Assembly: GCA_947650745.1 (NCBI GenBank)
Contig: CANSWM010000003.1
Span: 1 to 61,803, forward strand
Reading direction: 5' to 3'
From: an uncultured Clostridium sp.
Lineage (GTDB): Bacteria; Bacillota; Clostridia; TANB77; CAG-508
Length of the DNA: 61,803 nt
Position 1 is the first letter of the stretch. Each line of letters starts with the position of its first letter. Positions 33,725-47,431 of this stretch are shown here, piece by piece. Both the position numbers and the translations under genes were made by a program. The notes below the pieces were generated by a model that was given only the letters and a program-made list of their open reading frames with translations, made no database searches and had not been told where the DNA came from.

Positions 33725-34432
33725 TTATTCTACTACTGTTCCAATATTTTCGCCTTTAATTATTTTAACAATATTTTCAGGCTGTGCGATTGCAAACACT
33801 CTAAGAGGTATATTATTATCTCTACATAGTGAAGTTGCAGTTGAATCCATTACTTTTAAATCTTTATTTAATATATCTAAATATGATATTTTATCATATT
33901 TAATTGCTTCCTTATCTACTTTAGGGTCTGCAGAATATACTCCATCTATTGTTTTTGCAAGTAAAATAACTTCTGCATCAATTTCAGCAGCTCTTAGTGC
34001 TGCAGCTGTATCTGTTGTAAAATATGGGTTTCCTGAACCACATGCAAATATTACTACTCTACCATTTTCTAGATGTTTTATAGCTTTTCTTTTGATATAT
34101 GGTTCTGCTATTTGTCTCATTTCAATGGCTGTTTGTAATCTTGTTTTAATTCCTCTTGCTTCTAATGTATCTTGAAGTGCAAGTCCATTCATTACAGTTG
34201 CAAGCATTCCCATATAGTCTGATGTTGTTCTTTCCATTTGATGTCCATATTTTCCTCTCCAGAAGTTTCCTCCTCCTACTACTATTCCAACTTGTACTCC
34301 CATCTCTACTACTTTCTTAATTTCATCACAAATGCTACCAATTACATCAGCATATACACCTGTTTTATTTTCTCCTGCAAGTGCTTCTCCACTTAGTTTT
34401 AATAAAATACGTTTGTATTTTACGTTTTCCAT
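33725..34432 (-). CDS. pyrH: UMP kinase
   Basis: 235-aa intact ORF with [13 protein letters not shown] and [10 protein letters not shown] motifs. Confidence 0.95.
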   Translation of the reverse strand: MENVKYKRILLKLSGEALAGENKTGVYADVIGSICDEIKKVVEMGVQVGIVVGGGNFWRGKYGHQMERTTSDYMGMLATVMNGLALQDTLEARGIKTRLQTAIEMRQIAEPYIKRKAIKHLENGRVVIFACGSGNPYFTTDTAAALRAAEIDAEVILLAKTIDGVYSADPKVDKEAIKYDKISYLDILNKDLKVMDSTATSLCRDNNIPLRVFAIAQPENIVKIIKGENIGTVVE

Positions 34433-34554
34433 CTTTTACCTCCATTTTAACTTAAAGAAAATCTCTTTCCTATAACTTCATAATAAAATTCTTTTTTCTA
34501 TTGTATCACATAACATTAAGTTTTTGTTAATTTTTTTAAAATTTCTATAAAAAT

Positions 34555-36645
34555 TTATCTTAACAAATTATTTATTAATAATGACCTTGAAAGATTTAAT
34601 TCTATGTTCATATTTTCTTCATGCTTTAATAGTACTCTTTTTTGCTTTTCGGTTATATTGTTTAAGTCTACTTCTTCTCCTGTTTTTATATAATGCCATC
34701 CATCATCACTATAATAAAATTCAGATGTAACTATATGAGTATTACTTATATATGCATAATCTTTTGTACTAAATATTGATTTTCCAAGTGAAAAATCATC
34801 TTCTATTCCTGATATTTGTAATAGTGTTGGTTTTATATCTAACTTACTAACTGGCTTTGTTATTTTTACCTTCTCTACTCCTGGTATTCTCATTCCACAA
34901 AGGACATTTATAAAATTTATACGTTGTGTTATTTCGTTAACATCTTCTCCTTGTTCTTCTAAAAATTCTTTTAGGCTTTCATTATATAATCCAAGTCCAT
35001 TATGGTCCCCAAAAACAACTATTATAGAATTTTCATAGAGATTATTTGCTTTTAATTCATCTATAAAAACTCCAAATGCATAATCTGCATAATTTACTGT
35101 TTCTAAATAATTTCCTATTTCTGTGTCTTTGTATTTTCCTACGTCAAAACTTAATTTATTTTGCCTATCTATTACCCCTTCTATACTATATGGTGTATGA
35201 GAAGATGCTGAAACTATTGATGTATAAAAAGGTTCTTTATAAGAAGTTAATTTTTTTACTCCTTGTCTATAAAGTATTTCGTCTGACATGTAGCTATTTA
35301 CATATTCATTTATATTTTCAAAAGAATCTATAAATGAAGTTTCATCTATTGGTAGTCTTCCATATACTCCTGCTCTGCACCAAAATTCTTTTATATTTCC
35401 ATGCATATACGATGTATGATATCCTGAGTTTTTATAAAGAGTAAATATATCATTGTTTATATTTTCATTGTACATGCTAAATGACTGCCCATTATCTAAT
35501 GGGTATAATGATGTCATAACACTATATTCTGAATCAGCTGTTGTAGAATAGCTTTGAGAAATCATATTTGTTATATCTATGTTTTCTTTAAAAAATTTAT
35601 TTAAATTTGGTGTTATCTCTTGACCATTTACCTTTCTATTTTTTACAAATTCTTGTACTGATTCAAGTTGTAATACAATTACATTTTTCCCTTTTGCTAT
35701 GCTACTATATTCTTCATTTAATGTGTAATTTTCTTCATAGTATGAGCTAAGCTTGTTATATCCTGACATTGCTTGATTATATGTTTTATATTTTGTTGTT
35801 TCTTTTACATTTATAGAATTATATATATCTAAATAGTGATATCCATAAACAGAACCTATTGAAACTTGTGCAATTTTCATAAAAGGATATTTTACCATAT
35901 ATTGATATGAATCCATTATAGGAGTTGAAGCATATCTATATAATAAAATAATATATAATATCGCAAATGGTAATCTTCTCTTTCCTCTGTTTCTAGCAAT
36001 TTTAGTTTTATTTTTTATTAAAGGTAATCTTGAGATTATCCAAACAAATAAAAATATTGGTATATCGACAAAGTATAGCAGATGCTCTTGTTTTAATAGA
36101 TATTTCATAGCTCCGCCTATTTCTTCTGCATATTTTACATATGTTATTTGCGAAATAGACAGCATATTAGTTGAATACTGGTAATACAAATTATCTGCAA
36201 ATAACAATATACTTAAGAATATATCAAAAACAATAAACATTCTAAATCTATTTTTGTTCTTTTTAATAAACAATAATGGTGAAACTGTAACTAACACAAA
36301 AATAAGGGTCATTAATTCTCTTAGTTCTCCTACACCCTCTGACATAATTATATCTACATTATCATAAAAGAATATAGCTTTTTCATAAAGTATTATTATA
36401 AGCCAAATAATTATAAGCCTTGAGCCTAATATAAATTCTATTATATCAGAAATATGATGTTTACTATTTAAAAATTTTGTAATAGAAATTTTAACTTTTT
36501 TTAATATGTACCTAAATATGCCTTTTAACCTATCTAAAATTGTTTTATCTTTAAATATTTCATTTTTTATTATTTTAGATTTGTTTTCTACTCCCTTTAC
36601 TTTACTTCTTACCTTTTGTTCAAATTTACTGTTTTGCTTTTCCAT
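34555..36645 (-). CDS. LTA-synthase/sulfatase-family membrane protein
   Basis: 696-aa intact ORF. N-terminal multi-TM region followed by a sulfatase-like domain (..SHTPY.., ..FGDHNG..). Confidence 0.7.
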   Translation of the reverse strand: MEKQNSKFEQKVRSKVKGVENKSKIIKNEIFKDKTILDRLKGIFRYILKKVKISITKFLNSKHHISDIIEFILGSRLIIIWLIIILYEKAIFFYDNVDIIMSEGVGELRELMTLIFVLVTVSPLLFIKKNKNRFRMFIVFDIFLSILLFADNLYYQYSTNMLSISQITYVKYAEEIGGAMKYLLKQEHLLYFVDIPIFLFVWIISRLPLIKNKTKIARNRGKRRLPFAILYIILLYRYASTPIMDSYQYMVKYPFMKIAQVSIGSVYGYHYLDIYNSINVKETTKYKTYNQAMSGYNKLSSYYEENYTLNEEYSSIAKGKNVIVLQLESVQEFVKNRKVNGQEITPNLNKFFKENIDITNMISQSYSTTADSEYSVMTSLYPLDNGQSFSMYNENINNDIFTLYKNSGYHTSYMHGNIKEFWCRAGVYGRLPIDETSFIDSFENINEYVNSYMSDEILYRQGVKKLTSYKEPFYTSIVSASSHTPYSIEGVIDRQNKLSFDVGKYKDTEIGNYLETVNYADYAFGVFIDELKANNLYENSIIVVFGDHNGLGLYNESLKEFLEEQGEDVNEITQRINFINVLCGMRIPGVEKVKITKPVSKLDIKPTLLQISGIEDDFSLGKSIFSTKDYAYISNTHIVTSEFYYSDDGWHYIKTGEEVDLNNITEKQKRVLLKHEENMNIELNLSRSLLINNLLR

Positions 36646-36665
36646 ACTTTTTTATGTATCTCCAT

Positions 36666-37259
36666 CTAATATATATTATTTTTTAATATAAACTCAAGCA
36701 CCTCTTTTGAAATTATATCTTCTAAGTTATCACTTTGCTCTTTTAATAATTTTCTAAATTGTGTAGCACTACTAAATTTATGATTATCATTTTTAATTAT
36801 TATTATTTTTGACTTATTAGCATTGATTATTTCATTTGCTTTTATATATTCTTCTAAGTCTATATCTTCTCTTTCAAATATTATGTAATTGTATTTGAAA
36901 ATCAATTTATTGCTTTCTTCCCAATTTAACATTTTTATAAAGTTATCTGCTCCCATTAAAAAGAAATTATTATCATTTTTATAGTTTTCTTCTATTAGTC
37001 TAAACGCGCTTATTGCATTTAACTTTTTATTTTCTTTAATTTCTAAATCTGAAACTTCAAATTTATCTATTTCCTTACAAGCAATTTTTAGCATACTTAA
37101 TCTATCTTGCGCTTTTGCAAGTTCTTTTTTGGGATAACTATCTCCCATTGGAACAAATATTATTTTATCTAATTTGCATTTGTTTAATGCCTTCTTTGCT
37201 AAATTTATATGTGCATTTGTTGGAGGATTAAAGCATCCTCCAAAAAAACCTAATCTCAT
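36666..37259 (-). CDS. nadD: Nicotinate-nucleotide adenylyltransferase
   Basis: Starts GFFGGCFNPPTNAHINLA (GxFxPxHxxH). Confidence 0.85.
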   Translation of the reverse strand: MRLGFFGGCFNPPTNAHINLAKKALNKCKLDKIIFVPMGDSYPKKELAKAQDRLSMLKIACKEIDKFEVSDLEIKENKKLNAISAFRLIEENYKNDNNFFLMGADNFIKMLNWEESNKLIFKYNYIIFEREDIDLEEYIKANEIINANKSKIIIIKNDNHKFSSATQFRKLLKEQSDNLEDIISKEVLEFILKNNIY

Positions 37260-37929
37260 AATATTTCCTCTACACTTTTAAATATCTCTTCTCCTATATC
37301 TTCTCTTGTTCTTAAAGTGTCATTTACAACACATTTAATCTCATTCCAATTATATTCTTTTGCAACTTTACATGCTGCTTCATAGCTATCTTTTAAATGC
37401 ATTTCGTCTCTTTCATGTATATCTTTTTTTGCATTCTCGTCAAATTTATTTTTTCTATCCTTTATTAACTTTATAGCATAATCTGTTGGCATATTTAGAA
37501 AGAATACTTTGTCTGGTACAGGAATTTTATATATATTAAATTCTAAGTTCCAAAGCCAGTCTAAAAATTGTTTTCTCTCATTTTCATCTTTTATCTTGCC
37601 TGCTTGATGTACCATATTAGCCGTTGTATATCTATCTGCAAGTATTAGTCCTCCGATTATTATAGTACTCTTCTAATTCTTTTTTAAAAGTTGCATATCT
37701 ATCAGCTGCATAGAAAGTAGAAGCTATATATGGGCTTATTATTTTTGCATCTGTTCCAAAGTCTCCGACTTAAATACATTTTTACTAAACTAGAAGATGG
37801 TGAATTATAATTTGGAAAATTTACTTTTTTAAATTTTATGCCCCTTTTGCTTAATTTATCTTCTAAAATTTTCATCTGTGTTTCTTTTCCACTTCCATCT
37901 GTTCCATCTATTACTATTAATTTTCCCAT
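37256..37929 (-). CDS. tmk: Thymidylate kinase, two CGGA sites
   Basis: P-loop IDGTDGSGKET. Frames join at 37764-37767 (KMYLS-G-DFGTDAK) and 37652-37655 (EEYYNN-G-GLILADRY). Segments are 162/108/396 nt. Confidence 0.8.
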
Positions 37930-38003
37930 GTTTATTCCTCCAACTACTAAACAAGTACATAAGCATTGCTATAAATTTCAATGCCTATGTACTTCCATAA
38001 TAT

Positions 38004-39592
<1,589 letters not shown>

Positions 39593-39617
39593 TTTGTCTC
39601 CTCCTTAAAAGTTATAT

Positions 39618-39959
39618 TTATACGATTTTACTCCAAAACCAATCTAAACTATTATCTATACTCTTTTTATTTCTATGTTTTGCTTCAATATCATCTACCC
39701 ATAAATAAGATATATAAGTAATAAGCACAAAACCGAAATCATAAATCATAGACATTGAAAGAATGTGTTCGTATCCTTGGTAGCTGCTTCCAAATGCAAA
39801 TAACTGTAAAGTATGTATTATGAGTAATATAATACTTAAAACTAGTGCTATTGCTGGAACCACAGCTTTTTTTATTTCGCGCCCTAGAAAGACTGCACAA
39901 ATTATAGCTGCTAAGCAAAGAAGAATTATAAATGGATTAGTTAAATCTATAACTGGCAT
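39618..39959 (-). CDS. Hypothetical small membrane protein
   Basis: 113-aa intact ORF with 3 predicted TM segments. Confidence 0.5.
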   Translation of the reverse strand: MPVIDLTNPFIILLCLAAIICAVFLGREIKKAVVPAIALVLSIILLIIHTLQLFAFGSSYQGYEHILSMSMIYDFGFVLITYISYLWVDDIEAKHRNKKSIDNSLDWFWSKIV

Positions 39960-40261
39960 AAAGGCACCTCCCTTTTCTTTGGTTTTTTAACAATTTATAT
40001 TATATACGTTTTCATATACATTTTGCAATAGTTTGAAGAAAATTTTATTAATTTAATGTAACTATTCAAATGTAAGACTAGAATGCTAAATTAGAATAAT
40101 AGAGAAACATAGTGGCGAGCAGTGCTCGTACGCGCTCCAACGAATTTACTTATTTAGCATTTTTATTATAGAATATCCTTCGAAGAACCATAGAAGAAAT
40201 GCCTTTGAGGTCTGCGGACGCACATTGTGCGTCCCTACACTGAATTGTTACAATCTAATTG

Positions 40262-42905
40262 TTATTCTTCTATTTCTTCTACTTCTTTTATCTTTTCTAT
40301 TTCTTCTATCTTTTCAATATCTTGTTTATTTTCTTCTTTTTGCATATCTTCTGTAATCCATTTAACGAGATTTAAATTTTGACTATCTAGTACCATTTCA
40401 TGTTTAGGCATTACTCTAAAAGTATACCCATAATCTCCACCTGTAAGCAATGTAATTTTCGCTTTATATACATTCTCCTCTTTAGGTACCTTTTCCATTT
40501 CCTTAACTTGTATGTCTTCTAGTATTCCATTTTCTAGAACTCTTCCTGAATATACTTGTACAGATATGTGGTCTGGATTAATATTTTGAAGGTCTACCTT
40601 GCATTTTACTTCTATGTTATTTCCTGCATCAATAACAACATTATTTAAGTTTTCCAATTGCTTAATATTTATATTATCCCATCTATTTTTTGTATCATCT
40701 ATCCATTCATTTAATCTAATTACATTTTCTAAATCTGAATAATAATTATTATACAAATTGCAAAGTGGTATATACATTTGTGTTGTATAATCCATAAGCA
40801 TTCTAGCAGTACTATACTTCCATCCTGTAGACATGATAGAATTTTTCATAAGTTGTACCCAGTCATTTGAGAAGTTTTCTCCTTGAGCCTTGTTGTAATA
40901 TGTTGGTATTATTTTATTTTCTAATGTATCATATATACTTTGGCAGTCTTCATTATCTTGTATTTCATAAGAATCATAATCACTATTTTTACCAATTATC
41001 CAACCATTTTCTTTATTATAGCCTTCTACCCACCATCCATCTAATATACTAAAATTTAGTACACCATTTACAGAAGCTTTTTGTCCACTAGTTCCTGATG
41101 CTTCCATAGGACGTCTTGGGTTATTTAACCAAACATCAACCCCACTTACTAGATATCTTGACATTGCAATATCATAATCTTCTAAGAAAAATACTTTTCC
41201 TTTAAATTGAGGCTTCATAGAAATCTCATGTATTTGCTTAATTAATTCTTGCCCTTCTATATCTTTTGGATGTGCTTTACCTGCAAAAATCAAGTATACT
41301 GGAGTTTTTGTATTATTTAATATTTCTGTTATTCTTTCTAAATCTCTAAATATTAAAGTTCCTCTTTTGTATGTTGCAAATCTTCTTGCAAAGCCAATAC
41401 ATAAAGCATTTGGGTCAAGATTTGATACTATATCCATTATTTCTTCATATCTCATGCCATTTCTTCTAAGTCTATCAATAGTATTTTTTCTAACTATTTG
41501 TAATAATTTTACTTTTCTACTATAATGAACATCCCATAATTCTTTATTTGGTATATTGTTAATTCTATCCCATGTACGTTCTAAGTGAATATTATCTTGC
41601 CAATATGGAGCTAAGTACTTGTTATATAAGTCTTTTATTGTAGGAGCAAGCCATGTACAAGTATGTATTCCATTTGTAACATACCCAATTGGAGATTCAT
41701 TTGCCGCAATTTCTGGCCAAATATCTCCAAATAATTCTCTTGAAACTCCTCCGGTGAAGTTTACTTACTCCATTTTTCTTACCTGCTATCTTAAGAGCAA
41801 AAATCCCCATATTAAATCCTGGTTCTAATTCTTCTTTCGGATTCATTCCAAGTTTCAAGAATTCTTCTCTTTCAATTCCAAGTCTTGGCCAAAAGTTTTT
41901 GAAATATTTCTCCATAAGTTCTATTGGGAATATATCATTTCCTGCAGGAACTGGAGTATGCGTTGTAAATACTGTTTTTGATGAAACTATACTCATTGCA
42001 TTTTTTAATGATATTTTTTTCTCTTCAACTAATTGTCTTGCAAGCTCTAATATTAAGAATGCAGAGTGTCCTTCATTCATATGGTAAACTGTTGGCTCTA
42101 ATTTTAGTTTATTTAAAAGATTAGTTCCTCCCATACCAAGCACTATTTCCTGTCTTATTCTTGTTTCTTGATCTCCACCATATAAATATTTAGTTATTTC
42201 TCTAAAATCCTGGTCTAAGTTTTCTTCTATGTCTGAATCTAATAAGTATAGTTTTACTCTTCCAACATTTACTTGCCAAGCTTTTAAGAATAATCTCTTC
42301 TTTTGTATTCTTGACTCAATTATCAAATCTTCTCCCATTTCATTTTTAACAAGAGTCATTGGAAGATTCTCTAAATCTATATCTCTATATACATTTTCTT
42401 GATTTCCATGAGCATTTATAACTTGATGGAAATATCCTTTTTTATATAAAAGACCTACACCAACCAAAGGAATGCCCAAATCACTTGCAGCTTTTAAATG
42501 GTCTCCTGAAAGAATTCCAAGTCCTCCTGAATATATTTGCATAACTTCATCTAAACCATATTCTGCTGAAAAATATGCAATTAAGTCATTTTTATTTTCT
42601 GGGAATTTTTTTGAAAATAAAGTATTTTTACTATTCATGTAAGCTTCATAATTACTTACAATTCTATCATACTCTTTTAAAAATTCAGTATTTTTAGAAT
42701 ATTCTTCTAATTTTTCTTGTGGTACTAGTTTTAAAAATTTAGCAGGATTTTTGCCTATATTTTCCCACAAATCGATATCAATTATTTTAAATAATTTTAA
42801 GAATTCAGAGTTCCATGACCACCAAAGGTTATTTGCAACCACCGAAAGTTTTTCTATTCTCTTAGGTAATTGTGGATTTACTGTTATCTTATTAAATAAA
42901 TACAT
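40262..42905 (-). CDS. glgP: Alpha-glucan (maltodextrin/glycogen) phosphorylase family protein, one CGGA site
   Basis: Fragments 41697..42905 and 40262..41455 join at 41750-41753 (GVSKLH-G-GVSRELFGDIWPEI..). The connecting frame has no stop. Segments are 1152/1488 nt. Confidence 0.9.
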
Positions 42906-43096
42906 TATTTTTCCTCCCTTGTATATTAAAAAAAATCATTTGTAACTTAATGTATTAATTATCTATTAAAATGAAAAAAAAGTCAATATTTTATAAAAAA
43001 GTTATATGATATTTTTAGACAAACAAAAATGAGGTATTCTATAAATCAATATAGTAAACCTCATTTTATATCAAATTTTTCTTAAATTTCTTTGTC

Positions 43097-44221
43097 TTAT
43101 TTTATTCCAGTCTGTTTAATCAATGTATCGCTTATATTTTTTACTGTCTGCGAAACTACATATTCTTCTTTTTCATATAAAAATGCATGTAGCTCTGTTA
43201 CTTGTTTTTCTAGATTTTTTGGAGCCCCATACCAAACATTAGCTGGTTTATAATCTGCAACCTCAAATGGCCAACCTTTTGTATCTTCTATTTCATATGA
43301 AGAAGCTTGTGCTGCAAGTGCTAGTATTTGTTTTGTACTTATATTTGTAGAAACTTGACTAAGAACCTTACTTGCAAGTTTATTTAAATCTGTCAAGCTC
43401 ATTTTCTTTATTTTTTGGAATACCAAATCTAATACTTTTCTTTGTCTTTCTGTTCTTTTCCAGTCGCCGCCTGCTGTATATCTTATTCTAGAATATGCTG
43501 TTGCTTGTACTCCATCTAATGTATATGTTCCACCTTTTGTTATATGTTTTGATTTATGCCCTGTTGTTCTATTTACTTCATCAATGTAAGGATTTATCTG
43601 ACTTGCTTCTTCTTGTGTTATATCCATTGTAACTCCACCTACTGCATCTACAACATCTACAACAACATTAAAGTTTACTGCAACATAATTTTTTAAATCC
43701 AAGTCTAAATTACTATTTAATATATTCATTGAAAGAGCAGGTCCACCTGAACCAAATGCATGTGTTATTTTATCAAATTTCTTTGTTTTTGTATTTTGCA
43801 AATAGGTATCTCTATATACTGACACAAGTTTTACTTTTTTTGTATCTTGATTAATGCTAACTATCATTATAACATCACTTAAAGATCCTTCATAACTATT
43901 TTTTTGACTTCTAGCATCAACTCCATATAGTACTATATTATAATAGCCTTTTGCTTCTTCTACTCCTTCATTTATTTCTATATCATTTCCATCTATAGTA
44001 TTATCAATATCTAATTCTTTAAGAAGATTATAACCATATCCAACAACTGCTCCTAATACAGTTGCACCTATCATTAATATTACTAAAAACATTGTTAGAA
44101 TTATACGTTTTAACTTAGATTTCTTTTTTTTCTTCTTTTTTCCAGTAGAACCTACTTTATTTTTAGTTTTTATTTCATCCTCTTCATCTTCATATCCATG
44201 TTTCATTCGTTTACCAGCCAT
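43097..44221 (-). CDS. LytR-CpsA-Psr (LCP) family protein
   Basis: 374-aa intact ORF. Basic N-terminus, one TM, NIVLYGVDAR..SDVIMIVS LCP core. Confidence 0.85.
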   Translation of the reverse strand: MAGKRMKHGYEDEEDEIKTKNKVGSTGKKKKKKKSKLKRIILTMFLVILMIGATVLGAVVGYGYNLLKELDIDNTIDGNDIEINEGVEEAKGYYNIVLYGVDARSQKNSYEGSLSDVIMIVSINQDTKKVKLVSVYRDTYLQNTKTKKFDKITHAFGSGGPALSMNILNSNLDLDLKNYVAVNFNVVVDVVDAVGGVTMDITQEEASQINPYIDEVNRTTGHKSKHITKGGTYTLDGVQATAYSRIRYTAGGDWKRTERQRKVLDLVFQKIKKMSLTDLNKLASKVLSQVSTNISTKQILALAAQASSYEIEDTKGWPFEVADYKPANVWYGAPKNLEKQVTELHAFLYEKEEYVVSQTVKNISDTLIKQTGIK

Positions 44222-44311
44222 TATAATATCTCCCTTGTATCATAATTTAAGTTTTTATAATTATATATTAAGCTTTTATAAAAATCAATAATCTTAAGAA
44301 AAAAATAAGAC

Positions 44312-46020
44312 TTACATTCTATTTGGCATTTCTATTCCTAAAATCTTTGCACCATTTTTTAATACTATATTTACCATATAAGTTAGATATAGTCTAGCAT
44401 CTGCAGTTTCCTTATCTTCACTTAAAATTTTATGTAAGTTATAAAATGAACTATAATTTTTTGAAAGTTCTATTAAATATCTTGATAGTAAATATGGCTC
44501 ATTTTTTTCAGTTACATTTATTAAAACATCTTCAAATTCATATATATTTTTTAAAACTGCTATTGCTTCTTCATCTAAAAGTTTTGTTATATCTACATTT
44601 TCAAAGTCTATTTTTGTATTTGAATTGTCTAAAACACTTTTTGTTCTTACAAAAATGTATTGTAGATATGGTCCGAGTTTCTCCTTGAAAATTTAATATC
44701 TGGTCCCAGTCAAATATTTCATCTTTTATTCTGCTATTTGCTAAATCATTAAATATAATTGCACCAATACCAACTTTTTTTGCAATATCTTCTTTTTCTT
44801 CTATATTTGGATTTTTTTCTTCTATAATTTTACTTGCTCTTTCGATAGATTCATTCAACAAATCTTCAACCTTTATTACATTTCCCTCTCGAGTTGACAT
44901 TTTACCTGTTTTTAAATGAACCATTCCATAAGATACATGTTCTAGCCCATTTATATATTTTTCGTCAATATCTAATAGCTTTGCAACTTCAAATATTTGT
45001 TTAAAATGCAGGTTTTGTTCGTATGCTACAACATATAGGCATTTATCAAAATCATATTGCCTTGTTCTATACAAAATTGCTGCCAAATCACGTGTTGCAT
45101 ATATACTAGAGCCATTAGACTTACAAATCATGCATGGAGACATACCTTTATCACTTAAATCAATTATCTTAGCTCCTTCTGATTCTATAAGTTTTCCTGT
45201 ACTTTCTAGTTTATCTATTACCTCTTGCATTTTATCTGCATAAAATGCTTCCCCATTTAAAGAATCAAATTTTATATCTAGTAAATCATATATTTTATTA
45301 AACTCTTTTAAGCTTAAGTCTTTCATCTTTTCCCATAAAGAAACTTCGTATTCTTCTTTGTCTTCAAGTTTTTTAAAATTATTTCTGCATATTTCAAGAA
45401 CTTCTTCATTTTCTTTGCAAAGCTCATTTATTCTTACATATATTTTTGTTAAATCTTCAATAGGTTCTTTAAATTCATATTCTTCATGCCATCTTTTATA
45501 TCCTTCTATCATCTTTCCAAATTGAGTTCCATAATCTCCTAAATGATTAATTCCGAATGGTGTTGTAGCCTAAATATTTATATGTATTATACAATGCTCT
45601 TCCAATTAGAGTAGTTCTTAAATGCCCTATATGGAAAGGTTTTGCAATATTTGGAGAAGAATATTCTACAATAATATTTTTTCCATTTCCAATATCAGAC
45701 TTTCCATAATTATCTCTTTTTTCTTCTATTTCTTGTATAACTGTTTTTGCAAGTATTTCTTTGTTTATAAAGAGATTTATATATCCCCCTGCTAGTTCTA
45801 TCTTTTCTATTAGATTATCTTCAAACTTTAATTTTTTACTTATGTCTTCTGCAATTATAGCTGGTGCCTTTTTTAGAGTTTTTGCAAGCTTAAAACAAGG
45901 AAATGCATAATCTCCTTGTTTTTCTTCTTTAGGAATTTCGATGCTTTTTGCAACTTCTCTATAATCTATGTCTAGTACACTTGATATTTTTTTTGCTATT
46001 TCTTCCTTAAAATTTAACAT
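44312..46020 (-). CDS. argS: Arginine--tRNA ligase, two CGGA sites
   Basis: Frames join at 45552-45555 (YNTI-G-INHLGDYGTQFG) and 44672-44675 (NFQGET-G-PYLQY). Ends ..PNRM. Segments are 465/876/360 nt. Confidence 0.93.
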
Positions 46021-46057
46021 TTTGTATTCTTCCTTATCTTCCTTTTTAATTTTGCAT

Positions 46058-47192
46058 TTAATCTCCTAATGAGATACCTATATTTCTTGCTGTTTTTACT
46101 AAATCTCCATCTAACTTTACTCTTCTTAAATTGCTTTCTTTTGTATTTCCTGAAACAGCTCCAATAGTTTTGTTTTTACCAACAACTTTTTCTAATGGTA
46201 CAGAATCTAGTTTTCCATTTTTTAGTACTGCAAGTACTCCAAATTTTCCGCTCTAATGCAAGTTCCATAGCCTTTGAGCCATATTTAGTAGAAAGCACTC
46301 TATCATATGCTGTTGGTGTTCCTCCCCTTTGCATATATCCAAGAATTGTATTTCTTGCTTCAAGACCTGTTAATTCTTGTAATTTGCTTGCGACAATTTC
46401 TCCAATCCCTCCAAGTTTTGTATTATCTACACCTTGTCCATTATCTCTTGTTCCTTTAACAATAATATCTCCACCTTTTGGAATAGCTCCTTCTGCAACA
46501 ACAACTAGACTAAATCTTTTACCTTTTACTATTCTATCTTTAATCTTATCTGCAACTTTTTCTAAATCAAATGGTATTTCTGGGATAAGAGCTACATCTC
46601 CTCCTCCTGCAATTGCTGATTCTAATGCAATCCATCCTGCATATCTTCCCATAACTTCTAAAACCATTATTCTATGATGTGTTTCTCCTGTTGAATGTAG
46701 CCTATCTAATGCTTCCATTGCAACTGAAACAGCTGTATTATATCCAAATGTTATATCTGTACATGCCACATCATTATCTATTGTTTTAGGAACTCCTATT
46801 ATGTTTATCCCTTTCAAATATAAATCTCTTGCTGATTTTTGTGTTCCATCTCCTCCTAATGTAAATATACAGTCAAATCCATCCTTTTTTACATTCTCTA
46901 TACATATATCTGATAAATCTTTATAAACAACTTTACCATTTTCTTCTACTTTATAATTAAATACATTTGCATTTGTAGAAGAACCTATTATAGAACCACC
47001 CTTATATAAAATTCCTGATGCATTTGTATACGAATTAAGTTCTATATAATTATTTTCAAGTAACCCTTTATATCCTTCTATCATTCCATAACATTTTACG
47101 CCATTATTTTCAGCTGTTTTAACAATCCCTCTTATAACTGCATTAAATCCTGAAACATCTCCTCCATTTGCAAGTATAGCTACTTTTTTCAT
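46058..47192 (-). CDS. pfkA: ATP-dependent 6-phosphofructokinase, one CGGA site
   Basis: NGGDVSGFNAVIRG and MQRGG motifs. Reading 46247-46250 as Gly gives ELALE-G-KFGVLAVLKNGKL.. (compare the LEGKGG block of PfkA). Segments are 942/189 nt. Confidence 0.9.
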
Positions 47193-47395
47193 TTGACGTT
47201 CCCATCCTTTCATCCGTTTTTTACTTTTCTTTTTATATTATACCAATAATTTGAATAATTACAAGTTTTTTAAAGAAATTTTTACATAAAAAACCGACTT
47301 AACAATTTCTAAGTGATAACGTCACTAAGAAATTATAACATTCGCCATACTTATCTTCCACGGCAATTACACTCCACGTGCGTAATTGCCTAGAA

Positions 47396-47430
47396 TATAA
47401 AAAATAAGGGAACAATATTCGTTCCCTTAT
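47396..47430 (-). terminator. Intrinsic terminator after dnaJ
   Basis: AAGGGAAC-gaatatt-GTTCCCTT plus T-run on the minus strand, abutting the dnaJ stop. Confidence 0.75.
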
Positions 47431-47431
47431 T

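Noticed and set aside
39960-40261. T-box or SAM riboswitch leader upstream of the metG operon
   Set aside because: I found no T-box consensus (..GGGUGGUACCGCG..), no specifier-loop architecture and no SAM-I core.
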